DNA from: a virus
Taxonomy: Duplodnaviria; Caudoviricetes
Virus record (IMG/VR): IMGVR_UViG_3300044504_000122
Span: 1-26,112 of that record
Length of the DNA stretch: 26,112 nucleotides
Direction: 5' to 3' (one strand)
Below are positions 9,263 through 16,633 of the stretch, piece after piece. The position numbers and the translations under genes were made by a program. The notes beneath the pieces are model-generated. The model was not told the origin of the DNA, did no database searches, and saw only the letters and a program-made list of their open reading frames with translations. Within the stretch, counting starts at the first letter, position 1, and every line of letters begins with the position of its first letter.

Positions 9263-9718
9263 ATGAACTCTTACACAACTGAAGAAGAAAATATAATCAA
9301 AAAAGCGACTGAAATTCTAAAAAGCAAATTTTCACGCGTTGGCGCAACAATAGAAGGCACAACATTTTGCAAAGATTATTTAATCTTAAAATTATCTGAT
9401 AGCGACGTGGAAAACTTCCATTGCCTTTTTCTTGACACCTCGCACCGCGTTATTTCTTTTGAAAAACTTTCTAGCGGCACAATTAATAGAGCAACAGTTT
9501 ATCCGCGCGAAATTTTAAAAAGAGCTTTTAAAAATAACGCCTCCGCCATTATCTTAGCGCACAATCACATGTCAAGCCCAATCAAAGCTAGCGATGACGA
9601 CATCAAATTAACCAAACTTTTAGTTGAAAATTTTAAGATTTTTGATGTTAAAATTCTGGATCATATTATAGTAGGCGAAGGGGACGCAATGAGCTTTGTC
9701 GACAGCGGGCTATTATAA
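9263..9718 (+). CDS. radC: RadC-like JAB domain protein
   Basis: ENFHCLFLD, GTINRATVYPREI, IILAHNHxS..SDDD..LT, LDHIIVG. Confidence 0.92.
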   Translation: MNSYTTEEENIIKKATEILKSKFSRVGATIEGTTFCKDYLILKLSDSDVENFHCLFLDTSHRVISFEKLSSGTINRATVYPREILKRAFKNNASAIILAHNHMSSPIKASDDDIKLTKLLVENFKIFDVKILDHIIVGEGDAMSFVDSGLL

Positions 9719-9752
9719 TTAATAAACTAACAAAAAATTGGAGACTAAAAAA

Positions 9753-9935
9753 ATGAATACAGAAATAGAAATGTACAGAAGGCAAAACGGCTGTTTATTT
9801 AAATTTTCCGAAGCGCATCGCGCTTACGTGCAAGTGTATCGCAACGATCGCATAAGAACATTAGCCGGATTAATCGCAGCGTATGAACGCGAAGAATGCG
9901 AAGAAAATGAGGAAAACGAGGAATATGAGGACTAG
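9753..9935 (+). CDS. Small early protein with acidic tail, copy B
   Basis: Paralogue of 9029-9199 within a roughly 230 bp direct duplication. Confidence 0.8.
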   Translation: MNTEIEMYRRQNGCLFKFSEAHRAYVQVYRNDRIRTLAGLIAAYEREECEENEENEEYED

Positions 9936-10047
9936 CAAAGCAACAATATTTACTGCCGCAAAGGCAGTTTAGAGATTGATTATATCGTATTTTGTTTTTA
10001 CTGCCGCGCAGGCAGCTTATTACAAACTAAAAATTGGAGATTAAAAA

Positions 10048-10275
10048 ATGAAACGCGTATCAGACTATTCAGAAATAAAACAATCCGAGGCTATCAAAAA
10101 CGCGGGTGCTTTTTTTGCGTTTGGAGACAAACAATTTAACGAGCGAAAAAAACCAAATGTAAAATATTGCTCGATTGTAGCTGGGTTGATATGTCCGCAA
10201 GAAACCGCGCAGCAGTTAATAAAAGATCTGCGCGACGTCAAAAAAGCGGCGATTGCTAAAAAAAAATCAACTTAA
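10048..10275 (+). CDS. Hypothetical early protein (GAFFAF motif)
   Basis: Conserved leader upstream; GAFFAFGDKQFNE..AGLICP. Confidence 0.7.
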   Translation: MKRVSDYSEIKQSEAIKNAGAFFAFGDKQFNERKKPNVKYCSIVAGLICPQETAQQLIKDLRDVKKAAIAKKKST

Positions 10276-10303
10276 TTTTAAACAAAAATTGGAGATTAAA
10301 AAA

Positions 10304-10630
10304 ATGAATACACCACTTGAAAAATTCTACGATCATTTTTCTTTTGAGAGAAAATTTACGAAAAACTATGCGCCGACCATTGCGCGCACGGAAACTGTAT
10401 TACGGCTTGGCATGTTAAATTCAAACTTTACAACAGCGGAACAAATGGTTGGCGATTTTAAGACGTACGGATCAGAAATATTGGAAAACAAAAATAATAC
10501 AACCAAACTATTTGAAGAATTTGTCCAAAATAATTCAGATGTTTACCAAAAATTTGCCCTATTTGCTGTTGAAAAGTATTGTAAAAAAATTGCTAAAAAA
10601 TTTATTAAACAATCAAAGGCTAAAAAATGA
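10304..10630 (+). CDS. Hypothetical early protein
   Basis: Start reassigned to ATG 10304 after the conserved leader. Confidence 0.7.
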   Translation: MNTPLEKFYDHFSFERKFTKNYAPTIARTETVLRLGMLNSNFTTAEQMVGDFKTYGSEILENKNNTTKLFEEFVQNNSDVYQKFALFAVEKYCKKIAKKFIKQSKAKK

Positions 10631-10914
10631 AAACCGAAAAATATTACGTTTATTATGTTTTATTCAATAAACACCGTATAGACCAATTCAAGTGGTTAAA
10701 AGATGCAAATAATGACATCGCTGAATTTGATACCAAAGAGGCGGCGTGGGATGCGGTAAAAAAAAGTAATATAACTGATGAGGCTTCATTTGTCACGACT
10801 ACAAAAGAAGATATTATTTTGCTAATGGGCGAGTTGCAAAAGGAACTTTCATTAATACATAAATTTTTGAAGCAAGAAGTAAGTTTCAGTAAGGATTGGA
10901 GATTAAAAAAATGA
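10627..10914 (+). CDS. Hypothetical early protein
   Basis: ATGA-coupled at both ends. Confidence 0.65.
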   Translation: MKTEKYYVYYVLFNKHRIDQFKWLKDANNDIAEFDTKEAAWDAVKKSNITDEASFVTTTKEDIILLMGELQKELSLIHKFLKQEVSFSKDWRLKK

Positions 10915-11216
10915 ACAATCAAGTTAATAATTTTGTGACTTTAGGACTTACTTTTTTAAGCAAAAGAGATTATATCGACGCATTAAAATATTTTAATGCC
11001 GCACTAGAGATTGAACCAAGTAAATATGAAGAAATATGGTGTTACAAAGGTTGCGCACTTGCAGAATTAAATAGCAATGATGAAGCGCTAAACTGTTTTA
11101 ATAAAGCATTACAAATTAAGCCTAATTCTATTGAAGCCACATATTTTAAAGATAAAATATTGAAAAAAATATATAGGGCTTCACAGCATACAGGGCTTAT
11201 TATTCGAGGAGATTAA
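10911..11216 (+). CDS. Small TPR-repeat protein
   Basis: Two TPR units: LGLTF..RDYIDALKYFNAALEIEP and WCYKGCAL..DEALNCFNKALQIKP; conserved leader upstream. Confidence 0.85.
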   Translation: MNNQVNNFVTLGLTFLSKRDYIDALKYFNAALEIEPSKYEEIWCYKGCALAELNSNDEALNCFNKALQIKPNSIEATYFKDKILKKIYRASQHTGLIIRGD

Positions 11217-11219
11217 AAA

Positions 11220-11558
11220 ATGACAGATGATAAACAGACAATTACAGATTTAGCCGAGTGTATGGCTAAATTATCCGAGGCGTCTAACGCAAAAGCTACA
11301 GAAGTATTGCAAGCTGCAATTATTTTTTTGAATGAAGCAATCAATAATTACAAAAAAATCAAAAGTGAACAAATATATAATCTTTTCAACAGCTATGGAA
11401 GATTTATTGACGATTTGGAAGGAAGGAACCTTTGCGGCGCAGAGGATTTACACTCGTACAATTGTTTTTTAAACGATTTAACAGCAACGGGGTTGGACAC
11501 AGACGAAGCAAAAGAACTGATAAGAAAATTGCTCATCAACTCAAAATACTATTCTTAA
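11220..11558 (+). CDS. Hypothetical early protein
   Basis: GAGGAGATTAAAAAATG leader variant. Confidence 0.7.
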   Translation: MTDDKQTITDLAECMAKLSEASNAKATEVLQAAIIFLNEAINNYKKIKSEQIYNLFNSYGRFIDDLEGRNLCGAEDLHSYNCFLNDLTATGLDTDEAKELIRKLLINSKYYS

Positions 11559-11588
11559 AATACTATTCTTAAATTGGAGACTAAAAAA

Positions 11589-11999
11589 ATGAATACACAA
11601 ACACGGCTAACTAATGATTTTGTTTTATCTAACTTTGCAGCTCTTGAAAAAGCGCTAGAAGAAGGTCGCCGCCTTGCTCTTTGTGATACTGCGTGCGCAG
11701 CAGATTTAGAACAAGCAGATTTTGAAGTAGAAAGAAAAATGCACGAAAAAGAAATGCTTAAGCAAGAAAAAGAAGACGAATTATCTCTAAAAAAAGAAAT
11801 GATAAAAACATATACTGTAACTTTTTCGCACGACGATTTTATCGCAGACAACAAAACAGAGAGAAGTTTTACGCATAAAATAAATGTGAAAGGAGATAGA
11901 ACATTGTCAATAGCTGATTTAAAAAGAGCTGTAGAGCAAGACAGTTTTTTGAAAGATAAAAATTTTGAAGATATACGATATTACGCGAGCGAAGTTTAG
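11589..11999 (+). CDS. Hypothetical early protein (coiled-coil middle)
   Basis: Start reassigned to ATG 11589 after the conserved leader. Confidence 0.7.
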   Translation: MNTQTRLTNDFVLSNFAALEKALEEGRRLALCDTACAADLEQADFEVERKMHEKEMLKQEKEDELSLKKEMIKTYTVTFSHDDFIADNKTERSFTHKINVKGDRTLSIADLKRAVEQDSFLKDKNFEDIRYYASEV

Positions 12000-12085
12000 A
12001 AATTATTAGAAATTAATTATTTATATTTTTGCATTCCCTGCTGCACAAGCAGCTTATTTACAAACTAAAAATTGGAGATTAAAAA

Positions 12086-12394
12086 ATGAATACATACAAC
12101 TTTACGCGACACCCCAGCGCCTCCGCAATTTCTGGGAAAAAACCAAACGGCAATTGGGCAGTAAAATGTAGGCTGACTGATTTAAACAAATACATACTTT
12201 TCGTCTACGGACACACTTACGCCGCGCGCACATGCGCGGAAATAAAAAAATTAGGCTGCGACTGGATAACTATATTTTTTGGAAGTAAAAAATCTGCGGC
12301 TTTAGCTGCTGCGAACATCCAAAAGTGCTGCGGGTACTATCGCGGCAAGTTGAAGAAGGATGTTGATATTTTTGGCGTTGTTAAAATAATTTAA
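12086..12394 (+). CDS. Hypothetical basic early protein
   Basis: Conserved leader and boxB-like hairpin upstream. Confidence 0.7.
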   Translation: MNTYNFTRHPSASAISGKKPNGNWAVKCRLTDLNKYILFVYGHTYAARTCAEIKKLGCDWITIFFGSKKSAALAAANIQKCCGYYRGKLKKDVDIFGVVKII

Positions 12395-12444
12395 ATTAAA
12401 AATTTAAACTAAAAATTTAAACTAAAAATTGGAGACCAAAAAAA

Positions 12445-12987
12445 ATGAATAGATTGATTGATATTGAATTTTTGAAAGACCGCGAGGCTTGCATCAATGG
12501 CATCAAATATTTTGAGGGAGAAATAAAAGAGCCAATCGCGGCGCGGGAGCTTATAAACAGGCTGCTTGCAGCTGATGATGTTGGAAAAATAAAATGGGTA
12601 AATTGGCTGTTGTGCAATCTTTTTCCGCGCGACCAAGCAATTGCTTATGCGGTTTTTGCGGCAGAGCAAGTATTATCGATTTTCGAAGCAAAATATCCAG
12701 CTGACAAACGCCCTCGAGAAGCTATTGAAGCCGCTAAACAAGTGCTGATTGAAGACAATGAAGGGAATAGGGCGAAGGCGAGGGCGGCGGCTGATAAGGC
12801 TTATGTGACTTATTCGGCGACTTACGCGGCTAGTGCGGCGGCTTATGCGTCTGATGTGGCTCATGCGTCTGCTGCGGCTTATTCGGCGGTGGCTTATGCG
12901 GCTGCGGCGGCTTATACGGCTGGAGGTAAAGAAATGTTGTTGAAAATAATTAGCTATGGAATTGGATTATTGGGGGTTAAAAAATGA
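12445..12987 (+). CDS. Imm5-like domain protein with Ala/Tyr-rich repeat, paralogue 1
   Basis: AVFAAEQVLSIFEAKYPADKRPREAIEAA resembles the Imm5-like (putative immunity) domain; three more paralogues at 20253-22080. Confidence 0.8.
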   Translation: MNRLIDIEFLKDREACINGIKYFEGEIKEPIAARELINRLLAADDVGKIKWVNWLLCNLFPRDQAIAYAVFAAEQVLSIFEAKYPADKRPREAIEAAKQVLIEDNEGNRAKARAAADKAYVTYSATYAASAAAYASDVAHASAAAYSAVAYAAAAAYTAGGKEMLLKIISYGIGLLGVKK

Positions 12988-13082
12988 AACTACACACAGT
13001 ATTATTACTATTATTACAATCTTTTTTAATCAGTAGTTTGCTTTTTATTTTTGCATTATCCGTGTTTTGCATTTTAACATAA
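12984..13082 (+). CDS. 32 aa hydrophobic peptide
   Basis: MKLHTVLLLLLQSFLISSLLFIFALSVFCILT; ATGA overlap with the upstream stop and GGGGG RBS; below the ORF-track cutoff. Confidence 0.55.
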   Translation: MKLHTVLLLLLQSFLISSLLFIFALSVFCILT

Positions 13083-13086
13083 AAAA

Positions 13087-13124
13087 ATAGCCGCTAGGGA
13101 AATTGAATAAAACCTAGCGGCTAT
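13087..13124. terminator. 12 bp hairpin, copy 1; U-tract on the minus strand
   Basis: ATAGCCGCTAGG/CCTAGCGGCTAT preceded by an A-run. Confidence 0.7.
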
Positions 13125-13182
13125 CTAAACCTGACAATGTATAAGTTAGTGCGCAAGAATTTAAAAAATTGGAGACTAAAAA

Positions 13183-13305
13183 ATGAATAGTATAGATAAG
13201 CTGATTAAGCGGATAGAGATATACGAAGCAATATTTAAAATTCTTATTTTTATTGTCTGCGCTGTAACAGTTGCCGCAGTCTGTTTTTTAGCTTTTTTTA
13301 CATAA
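13183..13305 (+). CDS. 40 aa single-TM peptide
   Basis: MNSIDKLIKRIEIYEAIFKILIFIVCAVTVAAVCFLAFFT after the conserved leader. Confidence 0.65.
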   Translation: MNSIDKLIKRIEIYEAIFKILIFIVCAVTVAAVCFLAFFT

Positions 13306-13308
13306 AAA

Positions 13309-13347
13309 ATAGCCGCTAGGGAAAATTGAATAAAACCTAGCGGCTAT
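13309..13347. terminator. 12 bp hairpin, copy 2
   Basis: Same stem as 13087-13124; loop one A longer. Confidence 0.7.
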
Positions 13348-13376
13348 CTAAAACTAACTAAGAGAGAAACATTATT

Positions 13377-13700
13377 ATGAATATAATTAACGTTTATAAG
13401 TATAGCACGATAAAATTACTACCGCACCCGCTATCGTACGACAAATTGTCGTCATGCGCGCATAGGCTAACTCCAGCCGAGTACGTGACTGGGACGTATC
13501 CGACGCTTGAACAAGCACATGCTTCACTTACTCATGTTTTAAAAAAAGGATGGAAAGACTGGCTAACGTCTAGAGTGGTCGACAGCAAAAATTTTATCAA
13601 TTACGACGACATTGTTGGGGTAGGCTACATCGACGATACAGATACCTACCGCCAGTTTTATTTAATTACATGTATCGTGGTTGAGAAGATATGCCGCTAA
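13377..13700 (+). CDS. Hypothetical protein
   Basis: 107 aa ORF with a purine-rich upstream region, in operon orientation. Confidence 0.6.
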   Translation: MNIINVYKYSTIKLLPHPLSYDKLSSCAHRLTPAEYVTGTYPTLEQAHASLTHVLKKGWKDWLTSRVVDSKNFINYDDIVGVGYIDDTDTYRQFYLITCIVVEKICR

Positions 13701-13733
13701 AAAAATAATTAAAGATTAAGAGAGGAAAAAATC

Positions 13734-14009
13734 ATGAACATACTAGATTTGCTGCAAACTTACAAAGAACACCGCAGGCATTACATAGCTCTCAAGCGCT
13801 TAGTGGACGCTGAAGTTAAAGAAGAGCTGGAAAATAGCGATAAAGAAGGAACAGAGCTTGCTTTGGCTTTAGAGAATACCTACCATTTGAGCGACTTGCG
13901 CAAAGAAATTCATGAGTTATATCGCAAAGTGAGGATTAATAGACGTCTAAACTTTCCCGAAGCAGGATATAATCATTACAGCATTTGGTACGATCACGAG
14001 GTGGAATAA
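13734..14009 (+). CDS. Hypothetical protein
   Basis: GAGG RBS; 91 aa. Confidence 0.7.
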   Translation: MNILDLLQTYKEHRRHYIALKRLVDAEVKEELENSDKEGTELALALENTYHLSDLRKEIHELYRKVRINRRLNFPEAGYNHYSIWYDHEVE

Positions 14010-14146
14010 TGAGTGCAGCATCACACATGATATTATCTAGTTTATTATGCTTTACATTAGCGTTTATAATATCTTCACAATACCTTTTTTCTTGCGTGAT
14101 TGGGCTGCTGATAGTCGCATTATTTAAACTTCATGAAAATTTATGA
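14009..14146 (+). CDS. 45 aa hydrophobic peptide
   Basis: MSAASHMILSSLLCFTLAFIISSQYLFSCVIGLLIVALFKLHENL; TAATG overlap and GAGGTG RBS; ends 3 nt before the convergent primase stop. Confidence 0.55.
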   Translation: MSAASHMILSSLLCFTLAFIISSQYLFSCVIGLLIVALFKLHENL

Positions 14147-14149
14147 GCT

Positions 14150-15985
14150 TTAACTTTGCGCGATAATAAATTTATCCAATTCTTCATCGTCCAAGTCTTT
14201 TCCGCCTACATACAGCGTTTGCTCGCTTGCGTAATTGTCCCTAAAGCACCCGCTTGCCTTGTTAAACCACAGCTTAGTCCTTGTCTCCGTCCCATCATTG
14301 CGCTGCTTGTTGCAAATAAGAAGCGCATCTTCTTTTTGGGATATTTCGGAGGGTGTTGGCATTCCTGCTTCCTCTAATATTCGCATTTCCTCTTCTTTAT
14401 CTTTAGAGCGAAACAGCACAAAAGAATTGTCAGCAACGTTTGTAATTTCACTTGCTCCTTTCACGTCCAATTTGTTTGGGATAATCTTCTCGTTCAAAGG
14501 CTTGCGAGGATGTACGATTAAATGAATGTGGCAGTTAAATTTATTTTTGAAAGCTCCCAAAAGTTGGATTAATTTTGCTTGCGCTGAATAGTCTTCAGAG
14601 CCAACGTCAAGCTTCATTAAACTGTCGATTACAAAATGCGAAACAAAAAATCTTTTACGCGCATATTCAAAAACGTTTAGCAATCTGTGTATGTCTACCA
14701 TATCCACCAGCTCAAATATCCATAATTTTTCAGCAAAAAAATCATTGAAGACGCGCTTAATATGATCATCACAGGGCAGCGTTTTAAGCGTGGCTTGCCG
14801 TACTAGCCGCGTTAACAGCCTGTGCGGTTTAATTTCTAAGCTTGCGATACATATTTTTACATCTTGAGCAATTAGATGCAAACAAACTTGACCGATCAAC
14901 TGGCTTTTACCGTGTCCATTTATCCCTGACCAGATTGTAAGCTCGTCGTCTCTCAACGCAACTTTGCCAGCTAGGCTGGGGAACGGTAGTGCCAATCCGT
15001 CAAGCCCAGCTTCAACATTTTTCATGTGCGCGATAGTAGCGTCGATAAATTCTTTAGCTAAGCGCAGCTCTTTCGGCTTAAAATATCCGCTATTAAAATA
15101 ACAGTCCGCTATTTCTTCCCTAGATATATTTTTTTGCAAACATTCGTTTGCGTCCTTTTCTGGAAGCGTAACAATTCTGCACCTGTGCGCGCCAAGCCTT
15201 TCTACAACCTCTTTTATCGCCGCTTTACCCGCATCATCGTTGTCGTAGACGATAAAAATTTCGTCGTAGGCGGCAAGGTTGTCGTATTCGTACTCAATCC
15301 ACTTCGTGCCAGCCGCGCCAGTTGGAATTGATACCGCATTGTAACCATATGCCGCTAATGATAAAGCATCAATTTCACCTTCGCAAATAGAAATAGACCT
15401 AGACAATTTATTTATTGCTTGCCATCCAAATAAAATCGGCTTGCAATCTTTTGTGGAGTAAAATTGTTTGCGCCCGTTTTGACGAGCAATTTTAAGCCCT
15501 TTATCGTAGACAACTTCGCCACCCATGCTATAATAGGGGAAAATTATAATATCGGTTTTAGCAACAACTTTATATTTTTTGATAATTTCAAGCGGGATTT
15601 TTCTACCTATCAAATAATTTTCAGCTTCGCTATTGAGCGAATAACTGCTTAAATTAGGCTTTTTAAATATTTTACGCTCCGAGCTAACTGCGAATTTATT
15701 TTCCTCAATTCCTAAAAATTTTTGCGCAAATAAACACGCCTCTGTTAACCCAATCTTTTTGGTTACTTGAATTAAACCTATTAAGTCACCCTTCTCACCA
15801 GTCGCAAAGTCGTGCCATTGCCCCGCTTTCTCGCCTGAAATAGATACGTTAAGACTTTTCCCCACTTCGTCTTCCGCCGACCCCGCTACATATTCGTCGC
15901 CCCGCATTGTTCCGCTCGGGAGCAGCTGTTCGCACAGTTCTTTTGCTCGTTTTGCGAGATGTTGAGCCAGCTCTGTCGCTCGCAT
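14150..15985 (-). CDS. Primase-helicase, T7 gp4/Twinkle-like (TOPRIM + SF4)
   Basis: ICEGEIDALS and YDNDDAG (TOPRIM), KDANE, Walker A GINGHGKS, VIDSL, IVHPRK, KGASEI, KQR; GGAGG RBS. Confidence 0.93.
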   Translation of the reverse strand: MRATELAQHLAKRAKELCEQLLPSGTMRGDEYVAGSAEDEVGKSLNVSISGEKAGQWHDFATGEKGDLIGLIQVTKKIGLTEACLFAQKFLGIEENKFAVSSERKIFKKPNLSSYSLNSEAENYLIGRKIPLEIIKKYKVVAKTDIIIFPYYSMGGEVVYDKGLKIARQNGRKQFYSTKDCKPILFGWQAINKLSRSISICEGEIDALSLAAYGYNAVSIPTGAAGTKWIEYEYDNLAAYDEIFIVYDNDDAGKAAIKEVVERLGAHRCRIVTLPEKDANECLQKNISREEIADCYFNSGYFKPKELRLAKEFIDATIAHMKNVEAGLDGLALPFPSLAGKVALRDDELTIWSGINGHGKSQLIGQVCLHLIAQDVKICIASLEIKPHRLLTRLVRQATLKTLPCDDHIKRVFNDFFAEKLWIFELVDMVDIHRLLNVFEYARKRFFVSHFVIDSLMKLDVGSEDYSAQAKLIQLLGAFKNKFNCHIHLIVHPRKPLNEKIIPNKLDVKGASEITNVADNSFVLFRSKDKEEEMRILEEAGMPTPSEISQKEDALLICNKQRNDGTETRTKLWFNKASGCFRDNYASEQTLYVGGKDLDDEELDKFIIAQS

Positions 15986-16232
15986 CGGTTTTTTCCTCCA
16001 AATTTATACATATGTAATCGTCAAGTATTTGTTCGACAGTAAATTCATTCGATAATTTATGCCTGCGGATAAGATTTAATATTTTAATTAAAGTTTTTCC
16101 TGTCGGTAAATATCTTAAATTTTGTAAAAACATAAAGTGATGAGGGTGGCAGCCTATTTCGCTCGCCATTCCTACGATTGATAACCCCAGTTTGTTCTTA
16201 ATTTTTTTTATCGTTGATATTTTATTTAACAT
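15849..16232 (-). CDS. Cro/XRE-like HTH protein
   Basis: IKKIKNKLGLSIVGMASEIGC...P is an XRE HTH pattern; AAGGTG RBS before ATG 16232. The 3' end overlaps the primase gene by 137 nt. Confidence 0.6.
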   Translation of the reverse strand: MLNKISTIKKIKNKLGLSIVGMASEIGCHPHHFMFLQNLRYLPTGKTLIKILNLIRRHKLSNEFTVEQILDDYICINLEEKTDASDRAGSTSRKTSKRTVRTAAPERNNAGRRICSGVGGRRSGEKS

Positions 16233-16247
16233 TTTTTCACCTTTTTG

Positions 16248-16336
16248 TTGCAATATTATTTATATTATACTATACTGCGAACGATTGCAATATTAATCAT
16301 AATAATATTGACAAGCGATGTTGCGGTCAGTATACT
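16248..16336. promoter_or_regulatory. Divergent promoter region with repeated TTGCAATATTA boxes
   Basis: Rightward TTGACA (16308-13), 17 bp, TATACT (16331-36). Leftward TTGCAA (16290-85), 17 bp, TAATAT. Boxes at 16248 and 16285, with an inverted variant at 16303. Confidence 0.75.
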
Positions 16337-16365
16337 TGCTTAGGTAAGTGAAGTAAAGAAAGAGC

Positions 16366-16444
16366 GTGCCGTGCTGTCCTTTAATTTGTTAATTGTTGGT
16401 TGGAAAATAACAGCGATTATAACACATCTCAAGCAGCGCGGCAC
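16366..16444 (+). ncRNA. Long structured hairpin in the promoter-proximal leader
   Basis: GTGCCGTGCTG/CAGCGCGGCAC (11 bp, one G-U); inner AATTGTTG/CAGCGATT (two G-U); loop GTTGGAAAATAA. The G-U pairs favour the + strand. Confidence 0.6.
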
Positions 16445-16461
16445 AATCTTTAACTTTTTCT

Positions 16462-16530
16462 GGGGCATTAACTCAATAAGTAGAGAGGCTTTAATAAGCT
16501 GAATTGAAGGTTCAAATCCTTCATGCCCCG
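16462..16530 (+). tRNA. Degenerate tRNA-like element, no assignable anticodon
   Basis: Perfect acceptor stem GGGGCAT/ATGCCCC, T-arm GAAGG-TTCAAAT-CCTTC, D stem CTC/GAG. The anticodon arm is 3-4 nt short, the D-loop lacks GG, and the 3' end is GCCT rather than NCCA. Confidence 0.75.
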
Positions 16531-16535
16531 CCTAC

Positions 16536-16609
16536 TGTGCTCCACCGATGAGGTGCGGTTTCCAATAATCCGCGCATTCTTTCTAAAGAACTCATCCAAG
16601 TGGAGCACA
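16536..16609 (+). ncRNA. Three-way-junction structured RNA
   Basis: TGTGCTCCAC/GTGGAGCACA (10 bp), GATGAG/CTCATC (6 bp), GTGCGG/CCGCGC with loop TTTCCAATAAT, and TTCTT/AAGAA. Confidence 0.65.
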
Positions 16610-16633
16610 CGTTTTATCTATAAGAGGAAAATT

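Larger units (their letters stand above)
9009..13185 (+). repeat. Start-associated conserved leader (AAACTAAAA)ATTGGAGAYTAAAAAA(A)TG, 11 copies
   Basis: TTGGAGA at 9014, 9249, 9738, 10034, 10289, 10896, 11574, 12072, 12429 and 13169, plus variant GGAGATTAAAAAATG before ATG 11220. Confidence 0.9.

Noticed and set aside
9009-13185. CRISPR array or integron attC array
   Set aside because: Repeats are separated by whole genes of variable length. No cas or intI gene and no attC R/L box structure.
16545-16596. Hammerhead ribozyme (CCGATGAG...GAA)
   Set aside because: The core is not CUGANGA/GAAA, and GATGAG is paired with CTCATC.
16523-16633. N-terminal extension of ORF 16523-17074
   Set aside because: Overlaps the tRNA-like and three-way-junction RNA; the RBS supports ATG 16634.
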